Assembly: GCA_964576995.1 (NCBI GenBank)
Contig: CAZNWP010000001.1
Location: forward strand, 1 to 57,890
DNA: 57,890 bases
Direction: 5' to 3'
Source: an uncultured Christensenella sp.
GTDB taxonomy: Bacteria; Bacillota; Clostridia; Christensenellales; Borkfalkiaceae
Under the pieces are notes generated by a model. The model was not told the origin of the DNA and did no database searches. It saw only the letters and a list, made by a program, of their open reading frames with translations. The position numbers were made by a program, and so were the translations under genes. Of the stretch, positions 44,347 to 53,577 are shown in pieces. Within the stretch, counting starts at the first letter, position 1. Each line of letters opens with the position of its first letter.

Positions 44347-46625
44347 AATTCCACCTTATTTTCACGAACTCGTTGATATATTTTCGACTCGCCGAGCGGC
44401 TTTTTTACATCGGGATTGCGTTTTAATTTACCGTTTTCGACGGTGAAAAATCCCAATTCGAAAAACACTTCCGCGGCAAACACCGTCTGTTCCGCCGAAA
44501 CGTCGATTCTATAACGCTTTAATGCCGAAACGGTATCGGTAAAATCTTTTCCGACGAGCGAACGAAAATACGCGAACGGCTTTTCGAAGTCGGCTCTCTC
44601 CAACGAAAGCATCGCGAGTTTTTTCGTACCGCAGACGTCGGCGCATACAGTTACCCGTTCCGCCGACAAAAGCGTTAAAGGTTTATCGAGGTATACTAAT
44701 TCGTCGTACCCGTCGGGAACGTAGTTCGGCGACACGATAACGCAGTCGGCATTGTTTTTATCTTTCTTTTCGAACAAATATTTATTAAAAGAACCGAGAT
44801 CGTATTCCATCAGAGTATTTTCGTCCGACGCAACGTAAAGCGTACCTCGCCCCGTCGTCGGGCGCAACTCTTTTTTAGTTATTGCGTTATAGCGCGGCTC
44901 TTCGGATTTTGCCGATTTTCTCAATTCGTTGGCGAAAATGTTAAGCGACGAGCGCGAAAAATCACCGTAATTCGGCAAAACGTATCTCACAAACCCCTTA
45001 ACGTACTCTTTATTTTTAAAAACCGAGTAGTTCGGTTCGTAAATAATCTCTTTTTCCGTGTCGACGATTAAGTCGGGAACGTCGTCTTGCCCGTTAAAAT
45101 CGAGCATTTCCGACACTTGCGTGTTAAACGAAAAATGCGGCGAGCCCGCTTTTAGAGGTTTCGGCGTAACCGCGCCCGTTTTTACCGAGAAAAGAGGTCT
45201 GCGATTGCCCACGCCGTACGGTTCTAAAAGATCTATTTCCTTAACGAATCGAACGCTTAATTTCTCGTTGGTTTTCATATCGACGAAAATCTCTTTTTCG
45301 CGTTCCGCCCCCTTCGCGCGCGAACCCACGAAAGCACATATCTTACGCTTAAAGTCGTTTAATTTATCTTTTTCAATTGATACGCCCGCCGCTTGCGAGT
45401 GTCCGCCGAAGCCTATAACAAATTCTTTGGCGGAATTAATCGCTTCGTGGACATTTACGCTTTCGACGCTGCGCGCCGAACCTTTATAAAAGCCGTCAGT
45501 TTCTGCGAATACTATTACGGGACGGTTATAATCTTCCACGAGTCGCGCCGCAACTATGCCGATAAATCCCGTCTGCCATTTTTCGTTGCATACGAGAATA
45601 ACGTCGTCGAGATATAATTTATTCTTTAATATAAGAAGTTTTGCCTCGCGATAAATTTCGTCGCAACGCGACTGTCTCGCGATATTATATTCGTTAAGTT
45701 TTACGCACGCGTCGAAAATCTCGTTTTCGTCCTCCGACATAAAGGCTTTAAGCGCGGTATTCGCGTCGCCCATTCTGCCGCCCGCGTTTAACCGCGGCGC
45801 GTAACCGAAAGCGAGAGTTTGAGAAGTCAGTTGTTTTTCCGTTTCGCCTAACAAGTGCTTAAAAACCGAACGTCTTTTCGGGCTATTGAGCATTTTAAGC
45901 CCCAACCGAACGACGCATCTGTTTTCGTCTTTAAGATCCATACTGTCGGCAACCGTCGCGAGCGCGACGAGGTCGAGATAAGCGTTGGCGTTTTTGCCGA
46001 TTAGCGCAGAACCGAGTTTATACGCGACGCCCGCGCCGCAAAGCCCGTCGAACGGATAACTTTGCCCCTTAATTTTAGGGTTTACGCGTATACAGTCGGG
46101 TAAAACTTCGGGCGGTTCGTGGTGATCGGTAACTATAACGTCTATCCCAGCGGCTTTAATGCGTTCAATTTTTTCAAAGTCGGATATACCGCAGTCAACC
46201 GTGATAAGAAGAGTAATTCCGAATTTATTTTTTATATCGAGAACTTTATCGACGTTAAGTCCGTATCCATCTTCGCGTTCCGGAACGACGACTTTCGGAA
46301 TAATTCCGAATTCTTTTAAGCACTTAAATAAAACCGTCGAAGCGCAAACGCCGTCCGCATCGTAGTCGCCGAACACGAGAACGTTTTCTCCGCGCGATTT
46401 AGCGAGAATAATTCTTTCCGTTGCTTCTCGCATACCTGAAAGCCCGAACGGATCGTATAAATCCTTTTCGCTCGGCGATAAAAACTTTTTCGCCTTTTCG
46501 ACGGTATCTATATTTCTGTAAAATAAAAGTCTTGCGGTATCGAAAAGAATACCGCATTCGACGGATATATTTTGTACGACGGAGGCTTCTTCCGCCGATA
46601 AACTTTTACCGTAAATAACTTTCAT
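44343..46625 (-). CDS. recJ: Single-stranded-DNA-specific exonuclease RecJ
   Basis: DHH motifs VFGDYDADGV, TVDCGI, VTDHH, plus DHHA1 GGHSQAAG. Start at MKVIYGK (AAGGAA 6 nt upstream). Confidence 0.92.
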   Translation of the reverse strand: MKVIYGKSLSAEEASVVQNISVECGILFDTARLLFYRNIDTVEKAKKFLSPSEKDLYDPFGLSGMREATERIILAKSRGENVLVFGDYDADGVCASTVLFKCLKEFGIIPKVVVPEREDGYGLNVDKVLDIKNKFGITLLITVDCGISDFEKIERIKAAGIDVIVTDHHEPPEVLPDCIRVNPKIKGQSYPFDGLCGAGVAYKLGSALIGKNANAYLDLVALATVADSMDLKDENRCVVRLGLKMLNSPKRRSVFKHLLGETEKQLTSQTLAFGYAPRLNAGGRMGDANTALKAFMSEDENEIFDACVKLNEYNIARQSRCDEIYREAKLLILKNKLYLDDVILVCNEKWQTGFIGIVAARLVEDYNRPVIVFAETDGFYKGSARSVESVNVHEAINSAKEFVIGFGGHSQAAGVSIEKDKLNDFKRKICAFVGSRAKGAEREKEIFVDMKTNEKLSVRFVKEIDLLEPYGVGNRRPLFSVKTGAVTPKPLKAGSPHFSFNTQVSEMLDFNGQDDVPDLIVDTEKEIIYEPNYSVFKNKEYVKGFVRYVLPNYGDFSRSSLNIFANELRKSAKSEEPRYNAITKKELRPTTGRGTLYVASDENTLMEYDLGSFNKYLFEKKDKNNADCVIVSPNYVPDGYDELVYLDKPLTLLSAERVTVCADVCGTKKLAMLSLERADFEKPFAYFRSLVGKDFTDTVSALKRYRIDVSAEQTVFAAEVFFELGFFTVENGKLKRNPDVKKPLGESKIYQRVRENKVEL

Positions 46626-46691
46626 TATACGTTCCTTAAATTGAAAAGGCGGATTACTCCGCCGTTTTCGCATATTTTTTGTTTAGTGTTT

Positions 46692-47579
46692 TTATTTTTT
46701 CTTAACGAGCGTCCAAATAAACGGAGTCCAGAATTTTGCGGAAAACACCGCAACCAGATCCGCCACGAGTATTTGCAACGCGGCAAACTTAACCGTCAAA
46801 GAACCGAAGATTGCAAGAACGATAGCCGCAACGGCAACGATACCAGCGACGAAACATATTCTCGCCACACTCTGTTTAACGCCTTTTGCGGCGATTTCGG
46901 TAAACGAGGTTTTTCCCGTCGACATTCTCTTTATTTCGTTAAATCTGTTTACAACTACCGCGGAAAGCACGGTCGACAACGCAAACGAGAGCGCGAACGA
47001 CGAAGCGAACGCGGGAAACGCGGGTATTCTCGTTATTCCGAGGAGCGCCACGAAAAGCATCGAAGATACGAGCGAGCCGACGAACGAGGCAAAACCCGCG
47101 GCGGGTTTTTCTAGTATCATAAGATAAACGAGTATTGCAACCGCCGAAACGCCGAGTGCAATCGCGACGCCGGATATTTCTTTATAATAAGTTACGTTAA
47201 GCGGATACGCGCCTTTTACGTCGGCAACGAGGCTCGATGTTTTTTCGTTAGCGGAAAGAGCCGTCGTTAACGCGGTTTTAAGATCCGCAACGTCGATTTC
47301 GGGGTTAGTATCGAACTTAAAAACGAACACCGAACCGTCGTCCATCGTCTGAATTTCGGAAGAATAATTCGCGCCTTTATTCTCAAAATAGTCGATAGCG
47401 GCAGTCTTTACGATTTCGCCGGAATTATTTACGTCTTGATCGACGCTTACGCGAATTTCGTACGACGACGAATAATCGACGGTTTGATTAAGTCCGAATA
47501 TTCCGAGCATCGCCATTCCCGCAACGAGAAGTATAAGCGTGAGTATAATCATTATTTTAGATTTGCTATTCTTTTCCAT
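46692..47579 (-). CDS. secF: Protein translocase subunit SecF
   Basis: Position after secD and six-TM C-terminal region. The ATG at 47579 has AAGGAG 8 nt upstream; the track start at 47585 is only 2 nt from the SD. Confidence 0.88.
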   Translation of the reverse strand: MEKNSKSKIMIILTLILLVAGMAMLGIFGLNQTVDYSSSYEIRVSVDQDVNNSGEIVKTAAIDYFENKGANYSSEIQTMDDGSVFVFKFDTNPEIDVADLKTALTTALSANEKTSSLVADVKGAYPLNVTYYKEISGVAIALGVSAVAILVYLMILEKPAAGFASFVGSLVSSMLFVALLGITRIPAFPAFASSFALSFALSTVLSAVVVNRFNEIKRMSTGKTSFTEIAAKGVKQSVARICFVAGIVAVAAIVLAIFGSLTVKFAALQILVADLVAVFSAKFWTPFIWTLVKKK

Positions 47580-47595
47580 AATCATTTCTCCTTAA

Positions 47596-48936
47596 TTACT
47601 CGGCGACGGCGTCTCTCTTTAAGCCGAGGAAGCCGTATTTATAACCGTTCGCGGAAAGCACGAGCGAAGTAAACATTCTGCTTAAAACGAGCGTCGAGAA
47701 AGCCGAAACGACCGCGCCTATACCGAGCGTTACGCCGAAGCACGCAAACGAGCCTTTAGCGAAAATCAATACCGTAATCGCAACGATGGCGGAAACGACC
47801 GCAGAGTTTATTATCGGCTTAAACGAACGACGGAAGCCCGCTTTTACGGCGGCTTTAATCATTTTACCGTTGTTCGCTTCTTCTTTGATTCTCTTAGCGG
47901 TAATCATAAGACCGTCGAGAGTCAATACCGTTGCGGCAAGAACACCTATTACCCCACCGAGAGAAACTTTAACGTTCGGAACGGCTATTAGCATAAGCAA
48001 ATAAATAAGCATAAACGTCCACGCGGTAAACGTCGCGATAACGCCGTAACCTTTATATAAAACCGTCAACGCAATTAAAGCGATAAAGAGCGTTGCGGCA
48101 ATCGCTATTACGGCCCACAACTCCGCGTTTTCGCCGAGCGGAGCGGTAACCGTTACGCCTTCGCTTATTTCAAATTCGTATTTAAGTCCGCCGGAAGATA
48201 TTTGCAAAGCCGCTTGCTTAGCCCCCGCTTCCGAAGAAGTGGTTATCCCGAGCGTTCTATTTTGAAAATAATTTTTAGAAATCGCGGAACTGCCGCTTAA
48301 CAATTCCGTTTCTCCGAGCATTATCGTAACGTAATAACTCGAATTGCTTTCGATTAAATCCATCAGAGCGTTATAGCCCTCCGACGTAAACTCGATTGCA
48401 ACTTGATACGACGTATCACCCGAAGAAGAAGTATAAGAACCCGCGTATTCCGCGTTCTTAATAACGTCCACGTTCTTTAAGATGCGCTTATCTTCGCCCT
48501 TGGGACTCGCTTCCGTTCCGCCGTAGAACTCCAATTCGCCGAACGCGGCGACGACTGCAACGTCTTGCGCGAGAGTAGACGTATCTTCCTCGCCGTAGTC
48601 GTTAATATCGCCTTTCGCCTCTATTCTTACTTCGTAATCGTCCGCAACCTTAAACGCTTTAACCGTATACGTTTGATATCCGAGAGCGTTCATACGATAT
48701 TTAAGCGTGTCTACGAGTTCGTCGACGTCTTCGTCTTCTATAACGTTGACGTTATCTTTCGTCGTCGTAAGCGTGTAAGCCGTACCGCCGCTTAAATCGT
48801 AGTCGGTTTGAATCGCGCCGAGGACGGAATTAAAATTCTTCGTGCCCATCGGAAAGCGCGCAAACGTCATAACGGTTAAAAACGCTATCAAAAGCGTAAG
48901 TACCGTTAGCAAAGTTATTGACTTGCCTTTCTTCAT
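47596..48936 (-). CDS. secD: Protein translocase subunit SecD
   Basis: N-terminal TM, large periplasmic-type loop, C-terminal TM bundle. GGAGG RBS. Confidence 0.9.
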   Translation of the reverse strand: MKKGKSITLLTVLTLLIAFLTVMTFARFPMGTKNFNSVLGAIQTDYDLSGGTAYTLTTTKDNVNVIEDEDVDELVDTLKYRMNALGYQTYTVKAFKVADDYEVRIEAKGDINDYGEEDTSTLAQDVAVVAAFGELEFYGGTEASPKGEDKRILKNVDVIKNAEYAGSYTSSSGDTSYQVAIEFTSEGYNALMDLIESNSSYYVTIMLGETELLSGSSAISKNYFQNRTLGITTSSEAGAKQAALQISSGGLKYEFEISEGVTVTAPLGENAELWAVIAIAATLFIALIALTVLYKGYGVIATFTAWTFMLIYLLMLIAVPNVKVSLGGVIGVLAATVLTLDGLMITAKRIKEEANNGKMIKAAVKAGFRRSFKPIINSAVVSAIVAITVLIFAKGSFACFGVTLGIGAVVSAFSTLVLSRMFTSLVLSANGYKYGFLGLKRDAVAE

Positions 48937-48984
48937 TTTTGCCTCCGTGCGGAATTGCTTCCGCTTTATTAAAGCCTATTTCAA

Positions 48985-49014
48985 ATTATATATCATTTTG
49001 CCGTATAAGGTCAA
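48985..49014 (-). promoter_or_regulatory. secDF promoter
   Basis: TTGACC (49014-49009), 18 nt, TATAAT (48990-48985). Followed by leader hairpin GCGGAA-GCAA-UUCCGC before the SD. Confidence 0.55.
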
Positions 49015-49037
49015 TGATTTTCTTTTCATTTCGGAAT

Positions 49038-49095
49038 TATTCCGTAAAAAACGATAAATATTCCGTCGTTTACGAATTTATTTCGCGTATTCCGT
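49038..49095. repeat. Three direct copies of the 8-mer TATTCCGT (ACGGAATA on the minus strand) upstream of the secDF promoter
   Basis: Exact copies at 49038-49045, 49059-49066 and 49088-49095 (spacing 21 and 29 nt). The first is part of the palindrome CGGAATtATTCCG (49032-49044). Confidence 0.6.
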
Positions 49096-49106
49096 ACCGC
49101 GATTAT

Positions 49107-50213
49107 CTACCAAAAAAAGTAAAATAACGCTACGAGCGCCGCGAACGCCGCTATCCCGCAAAGAGCGGTAAGAGCGATTTTAAGCGGGGATTTGGGTGTT
49201 TTCCCCCAAACCTTGCCCGACGTGCCGTTGACGTAAAAGTTATACAACTTCTTGCGGAAGTTAAAGTTCCCCACGTAAACGGGAAGCATAACGTATTTAT
49301 AGGTTACTCGATCGTGCGAGGTGGAAACGTTGAGATACGCTATTTTATCGTATACGTACTGAGAAAGTATCCCTTTACGAACGACCGCGTCTATTCTGCA
49401 TTTAGCGTTTTCCCAACAAGTTTCTAAATCGTTATCGTACTTGTACGCCATAAAACCGAGCATATACTTCTTTTCGTATACTTTACTGTCGTTGGTTTGA
49501 TACGGCGATATTTTATCGAGTTTCTTTTGATCGAACTTAGAACCCGCGGTAATCAATATATCGTCGAAGTTATCGTAAAAAGTACCGCTGATATGCCGCC
49601 ATTCCGTCCAAGTTTCCGTACGCCTGTTTTTTCCCGAGCCCACGGTGCGAGTGTGAATTTTGCCGATTTTCCCTTCGTAATATGAACAAGTATAACTATC
49701 GAACGTAAAACACGGCGTATATACCCCGTTTACGTTTTCGGAATCCAAGTTCTTCTTAAAACTTTTAGGCGCGAAAAAACGTTTTCTCGCCCAAGCCTTG
49801 CTATACTCGACCGCTTTTTCTTCTCCGAACGCGAAAGGAATTAAACCGTTCGGCTTAAGCCCCGCGAGATCGTCGGTTTTCTGAACGTGAGCAGTTCCGC
49901 AAAAAGGGCATTTAGTCGCGGTTTTTCCGTCGCTTATAACGACGCTTGCTCCGCAGTTGGTACACCTGAATACAACCGCTTCGTCTTGTTCGTCATACAC
50001 GCTATCTTTAGAAAGACCTTGCAAAATACTTATTTCGCGAGCGTTGCCTTTATCCGTCAACTCTTTCGTGCTTCCGCAGTGCGGGCAGTAAAGTTTTTGC
50101 GAGTCGGGATCGAATACCATATTCGCGCCGCAACCGTCGCACTTAACTATTTCCGTTCCGACTTTTTGAACGTTTGCGGACTCACCGCTTTCTCTGTAAA
50201 CTTCTTCGCCCAT
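49107..50213 (-). CDS. Membrane-anchored protein with two N-terminal zinc ribbons
   Basis: CDGCGANMVFDPDSQKLYCPHCGS and CTNCGASVVISDGKTATKCPFCG (two CxxC-Xn-CxxC units). C-terminal TM LKIALTALCGIAAFAALVALFYFFW. Confidence 0.7.
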   Translation of the reverse strand: MGEEVYRESGESANVQKVGTEIVKCDGCGANMVFDPDSQKLYCPHCGSTKELTDKGNAREISILQGLSKDSVYDEQDEAVVFRCTNCGASVVISDGKTATKCPFCGTAHVQKTDDLAGLKPNGLIPFAFGEEKAVEYSKAWARKRFFAPKSFKKNLDSENVNGVYTPCFTFDSYTCSYYEGKIGKIHTRTVGSGKNRRTETWTEWRHISGTFYDNFDDILITAGSKFDQKKLDKISPYQTNDSKVYEKKYMLGFMAYKYDNDLETCWENAKCRIDAVVRKGILSQYVYDKIAYLNVSTSHDRVTYKYVMLPVYVGNFNFRKKLYNFYVNGTSGKVWGKTPKSPLKIALTALCGIAAFAALVALFYFFW

Positions 50214-50233
50214 AAACCGTCAAAGTCAATTAG

Positions 50234-50431
50234 TTACTGTATATCGTTTAATTCTTCGAGCATCTTTTGAAGATCCGCGCCGTGAACGTCCGCAGCCTCG
50301 GCAACGGTTTCGCCGTGAGCGAGCGCGCAACCTAAACAGTGCATTCCGTTTTTCATAAGAATTTCGCCCGCTTTGGGGTTGATTTGCAACGCGTCGAATA
50401 TCGTAGTATTTTCGGTAATCTTTTCTGCCAT
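50234..50431 (-). CDS. DUF1858 / hybrid-cluster-protein-associated redox disulfide domain protein (65 aa)
   Basis: TIFDALQINPKAGEILMKNGMHCLGCALAHGETVAEAADVHGADL is typical of this small family. Confidence 0.75.
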   Translation of the reverse strand: MAEKITENTTIFDALQINPKAGEILMKNGMHCLGCALAHGETVAEAADVHGADLQKMLEELNDIQ

Positions 50432-50469
50432 GATGTTTATTCTCCGTTTTTTATAAATTCCTATCGAAT

Positions 50470-50498
50470 ATTATATAATTATTTTCGTTATAAGTCAA
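50470..50498 (-). promoter_or_regulatory. Promoter of the DUF1858 gene
   Basis: TTGACT (50498-50493), 17 nt, TATAAT (50475-50470). Confidence 0.6.
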
Positions 50499-50561
50499 AC
50501 GTTTTCTCGAATTTCCCGTCGGAAAGGTAAATTTTCTCAAATAAAACGGGAAAAAACCGCT

Positions 50562-50603
50562 CCAAAACGTAAACGAAAGGAGTCTCGGATTATCCGAGGC
50601 TCC
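50562..50603 (-). terminator. Terminator after the chrA pair
   Basis: GGAGCCUCGG-AUAAU-CCGAGACUCC (one mismatch), followed by UUUCGUUUACGUUUU on the minus strand. Confidence 0.55.
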
Positions 50604-50742
50604 GTAAATAGTTTATTTTTCCGGAAATAACGTATTACTTTTCCCACGCGGCGGGCTTTCCGTCGACGATACGCCAATAGTTCCCGTCACCCGTCTCGGC
50701 AAACGCTCGACGTATAACACCGTCGTCCGAAAGACGTTAAAT

Positions 50743-51324
50743 TTAGCCTAAAACGCCGTAAAGAAGCATACCGAGCGCGGCGGAAATTAAAATCAAAATA
50801 ATTGCGGATATTTGCTTTTTACGTATTTTCTTATACGCGAACGCGCTTGCCGCAACAGTAGCGAATATTATAGCCGCTCTCCAATCGAATATGAAAGCGT
50901 CGCCGATTACGCTTACGCCGCAAATAACGCTTATCGCCATCGTTACGCCCGTTGCAGCGATTAAACCGATAACTACGGGGCGAATACCGAGTAAAAACGC
51001 GTTTACGCCCGCAAACTTTAACAATCCTTTGACAACGGACGCAATCAGAAGTATTATGATAAACGCCGGCAATACGACGCCGAGAGTAGCAAGCACCGCG
51101 CCGAAAAATCCGCCTTGCGACGCACCTACGAACGTTGCCATATTTATGGCGATCGGTCCGGGGGTTGATTCCGCGACGGCGATAAAGTTCATAAACTCCG
51201 CTTCCGTCATCCACCCTCTCGCGACGATTTCTTCGGTTAATAGCGAAATCATTCCGTAACCGCCGCCGAAAGAAACGGCTCCGACTTTCAAAAACGTTAA
51301 AAACAATTCGAGAAGTATTAACAT
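50743..51324 (-). CDS. chrA: Chromate transporter family protein (short ChrA, second half-size subunit)
   Basis: VSFGGGYGMISL, AESTPGPIAIN motifs. ATG overlaps the upstream stop (TAATG). Confidence 0.85.
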   Translation of the reverse strand: MLILLELFLTFLKVGAVSFGGGYGMISLLTEEIVARGWMTEAEFMNFIAVAESTPGPIAINMATFVGASQGGFFGAVLATLGVVLPAFIIILLIASVVKGLLKFAGVNAFLLGIRPVVIGLIAATGVTMAISVICGVSVIGDAFIFDWRAAIIFATVAASAFAYKKIRKKQISAIILILISAALGMLLYGVLG

Positions 51325-51962
51325 TATTTATCATCCTCCCCGTTTTCGTTTTCATCTAAATTCTCGGTTTTATTTTCCGAATCCGCGACGGTACGTTTTT
51401 CTTTCGCGTAAGAGATTACGTAAACGGCAACGCCTATCGCCCCGCCTATTAATATATAATAGACGGAAGAAAATCCTATCGCCAAAATATCGAGCGTTAT
51501 CATGGTAACCGTTGCAATCGAAAAAAGAACGACGTTAAACGCGGACTTTTTTAAGCCCTTAAACATTTTTATACCCGCCGCGAGTATAAGATACGCGACG
51601 CACGCTTGAATACCTTGGAATGCGTACGCGACGTATTTAAGACTCAAAAACTGTTCGAACACGAAAGATATCGTGAAAATTATTATAAAAGACGGCATTA
51701 TAACGCCCAAAGTCGCAAACAACGAACCAAAAAAACCGCCGCGTTTATACCCGATAAACGTTGCGGAATTTATCGCGATTGGTCCGGGGGTTGATTCTGC
51801 TATGGCGATTACGTCAAGAAATTCGTCGTTCTCGATCCATTTCTTTTTTTCGACGAGTTCGCGTTGAATTATCGCTATCATAGCGTATCCGCCGCCGAAA
51901 GTTATCAAACCTATCTTAAAAAAGGCTAAAAACAATGCTAAACAATTTTTTAATTTATTCAT
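51324..51962 (-). CDS. chrA: Chromate transporter family protein (short ChrA, first half-size subunit)
   Basis: ITFGGGYAMIAI, AESTPGPIAIN. Acidic C-terminal tail. Confidence 0.85.
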   Translation of the reverse strand: MNKLKNCLALFLAFFKIGLITFGGGYAMIAIIQRELVEKKKWIENDEFLDVIAIAESTPGPIAINSATFIGYKRGGFFGSLFATLGVIMPSFIIIFTISFVFEQFLSLKYVAYAFQGIQACVAYLILAAGIKMFKGLKKSAFNVVLFSIATVTMITLDILAIGFSSVYYILIGGAIGVAVYVISYAKEKRTVADSENKTENLDENENGEDDK

Positions 51963-51974
51963 AACTATAAATAT

Positions 51975-52828
51975 TTATACCACTAAAAACTTAGTTTTCA
52001 CCGTCGCGTCCGCAAGAACTTCTACGTCTTGCCCGCAATAGTTTAAGTATACGCAGATAGCGGACGGATTTTTTATATATTCGCCGTTTACGGAAAAATC
52101 GAGCGAGTCGAACGCTTTAACATAGTCGTAAACTTCGCCGTTCGTCGCGTACCACACATCGTTGCGGTTGCCGACTTTTTTCGCAAAGTTTTCTATAATA
52201 TACCAATTATCATGGTGAGCAAATTCGAAAGCGTGTCCCCACAAATAAAAGGGTTTAGGCTTTTTATGTACGTAATGGAGATTTTCGGGATAATCTTTCA
52301 AAAACTCGTCGGCAAGCGATTGCAAACGTTCGTCGTTGTGATGGCACGTCGCGGGAAGTCTCAACCAATCGAACGGTATATCGAATTTCCCCGTAGACTC
52401 GATCGTTCGCGCGTAGTTTATACCGCACGCTTTTAATATTTCGACGACTTCGTCGTTAAAAGAACCGCAAGCATACGCCATACCGTTTATAATTCTGCCG
52501 AATAAGTTTTCTAAATTTTTTCTATCTCCCGCTATTTCGTCCACACAAACGACGGAATCGAACTCCGTGAGAGATAAATGCTTTTTACCGTGAACGGCTA
52601 TTTCGTGTTGTCCGTTTTTAAACAGTTCCACGGCTTGACTTTCCGTCATCGTTTCGTCGTTATCTTCTTCGGTGGCAAAACGCTCCGAGTTAAGGTTGAA
52701 CGTACATTTTAAGCCGTACTCGTCTAAAATCTCGACGAGTTTTTATTATAAACGGTATCGTCGTCGTAACTTAACTTTACCGCTTTATACTTAAAATCAG
52801 GAAAGCGCAAAAGAGAATATCTTTTCAT
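51975..52828 (-). pseudogene. Polysaccharide deacetylase (NodB-type) gene interrupted by a 1-nt frameshift in an A5 run
   Basis: The track ORF (51975-52649) starts mid-domain. Hand translation upstream gives MKRYSLLRFPDFKYKAVKLSYDDDTVYNK in one frame and KLVEILDEYGLKCTFNLNSERF...MTESQ in the next. They join at the T5/A5 run at 52740-52744. One extra A restores a continuous roughly 284-codon gene starting at 52828. Confidence 0.7.
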
Positions 52829-52840
52829 AATAAGCAGCCA

Positions 52841-53554
52841 TTAATAATTGGGTTTTATTATCGTTACCGCTCGCTCCGTATCGAACAACGTCCACGGTAC
52901 GTTCTCTTTCGGGGGTTCCGCGCGGAATACGAGCCTTTCTTTGGTTACGGGGTGCGTAAACGACAAATAGTAAGCCCACAACGCGAGATAACCTTTTTTC
53001 GCGCGTTCGCCGCCGTATCTCATATCGCCGTATACGGGGCAATTTATAGCGTTCATTTGCACGCGGATCTGGTGAGATCTACCCGTATGAAGTTTAACTT
53101 CGGTAAACGCAAGCCCCGCTTTTACGTCTAATACGCGGTAATCGAGTTCCGCGTACTTCGCGCCCGCTTCCGACTGAGAGCAAACGTAAACCATATTGTT
53201 TACGGAATTTTTCTTCATATAGTTTTTAAGCGTGCCTTTTTCCTCTTTCGGTACGCCCGCAAGCACGGCGAAATACTTCTTCTCGAAATCGCCTTTCTGC
53301 ATTTGCTCGGTTAGTCTCGCCGCCGCCTTGCTCGATTTAGCAAAAACCATTACGCCGCCAGTCGGTCTGTCGAGTCTGTGTACGAGTCCCAAATAGACGT
53401 TGCCCTTTTTATCGTATTTTTCGCGCAAATAGTCCTTTATTATCGTAAGCATATCCCTGTCTTTCGACGAATCTTCGCAAGAAGGAACGTTTTGCGGTTT
53501 TAGCGCAACTATTATATGATTGTCTTCGTGTAAAATAATTAAATTTTCGTCCAT
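52841..53554 (-). CDS. RluA-family pseudouridine synthase
   Basis: HRLDRPTGGVMVFAKS (catalytic Asp), TGRSHQIRVQM. Start at MDENLII avoids overlap with the upstream gene. Confidence 0.88.
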   Translation of the reverse strand: MDENLIILHEDNHIIVALKPQNVPSCEDSSKDRDMLTIIKDYLREKYDKKGNVYLGLVHRLDRPTGGVMVFAKSSKAAARLTEQMQKGDFEKKYFAVLAGVPKEEKGTLKNYMKKNSVNNMVYVCSQSEAGAKYAELDYRVLDVKAGLAFTEVKLHTGRSHQIRVQMNAINCPVYGDMRYGGERAKKGYLALWAYYLSFTHPVTKERLVFRAEPPKENVPWTLFDTERAVTIIKPNY

Positions 53555-53577
53555 AATCTTCCGTTTATCGAGAGAGT

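Noticed and set aside
50831-51355. 174-aa Arg-rich minus-strand ORF, and 50891-51259(+), overlapping chrA.
   Set aside because: These are frame-shifted shadows of the chromate-transporter gene. About 25% Arg is a CpG-rich off-frame artefact.
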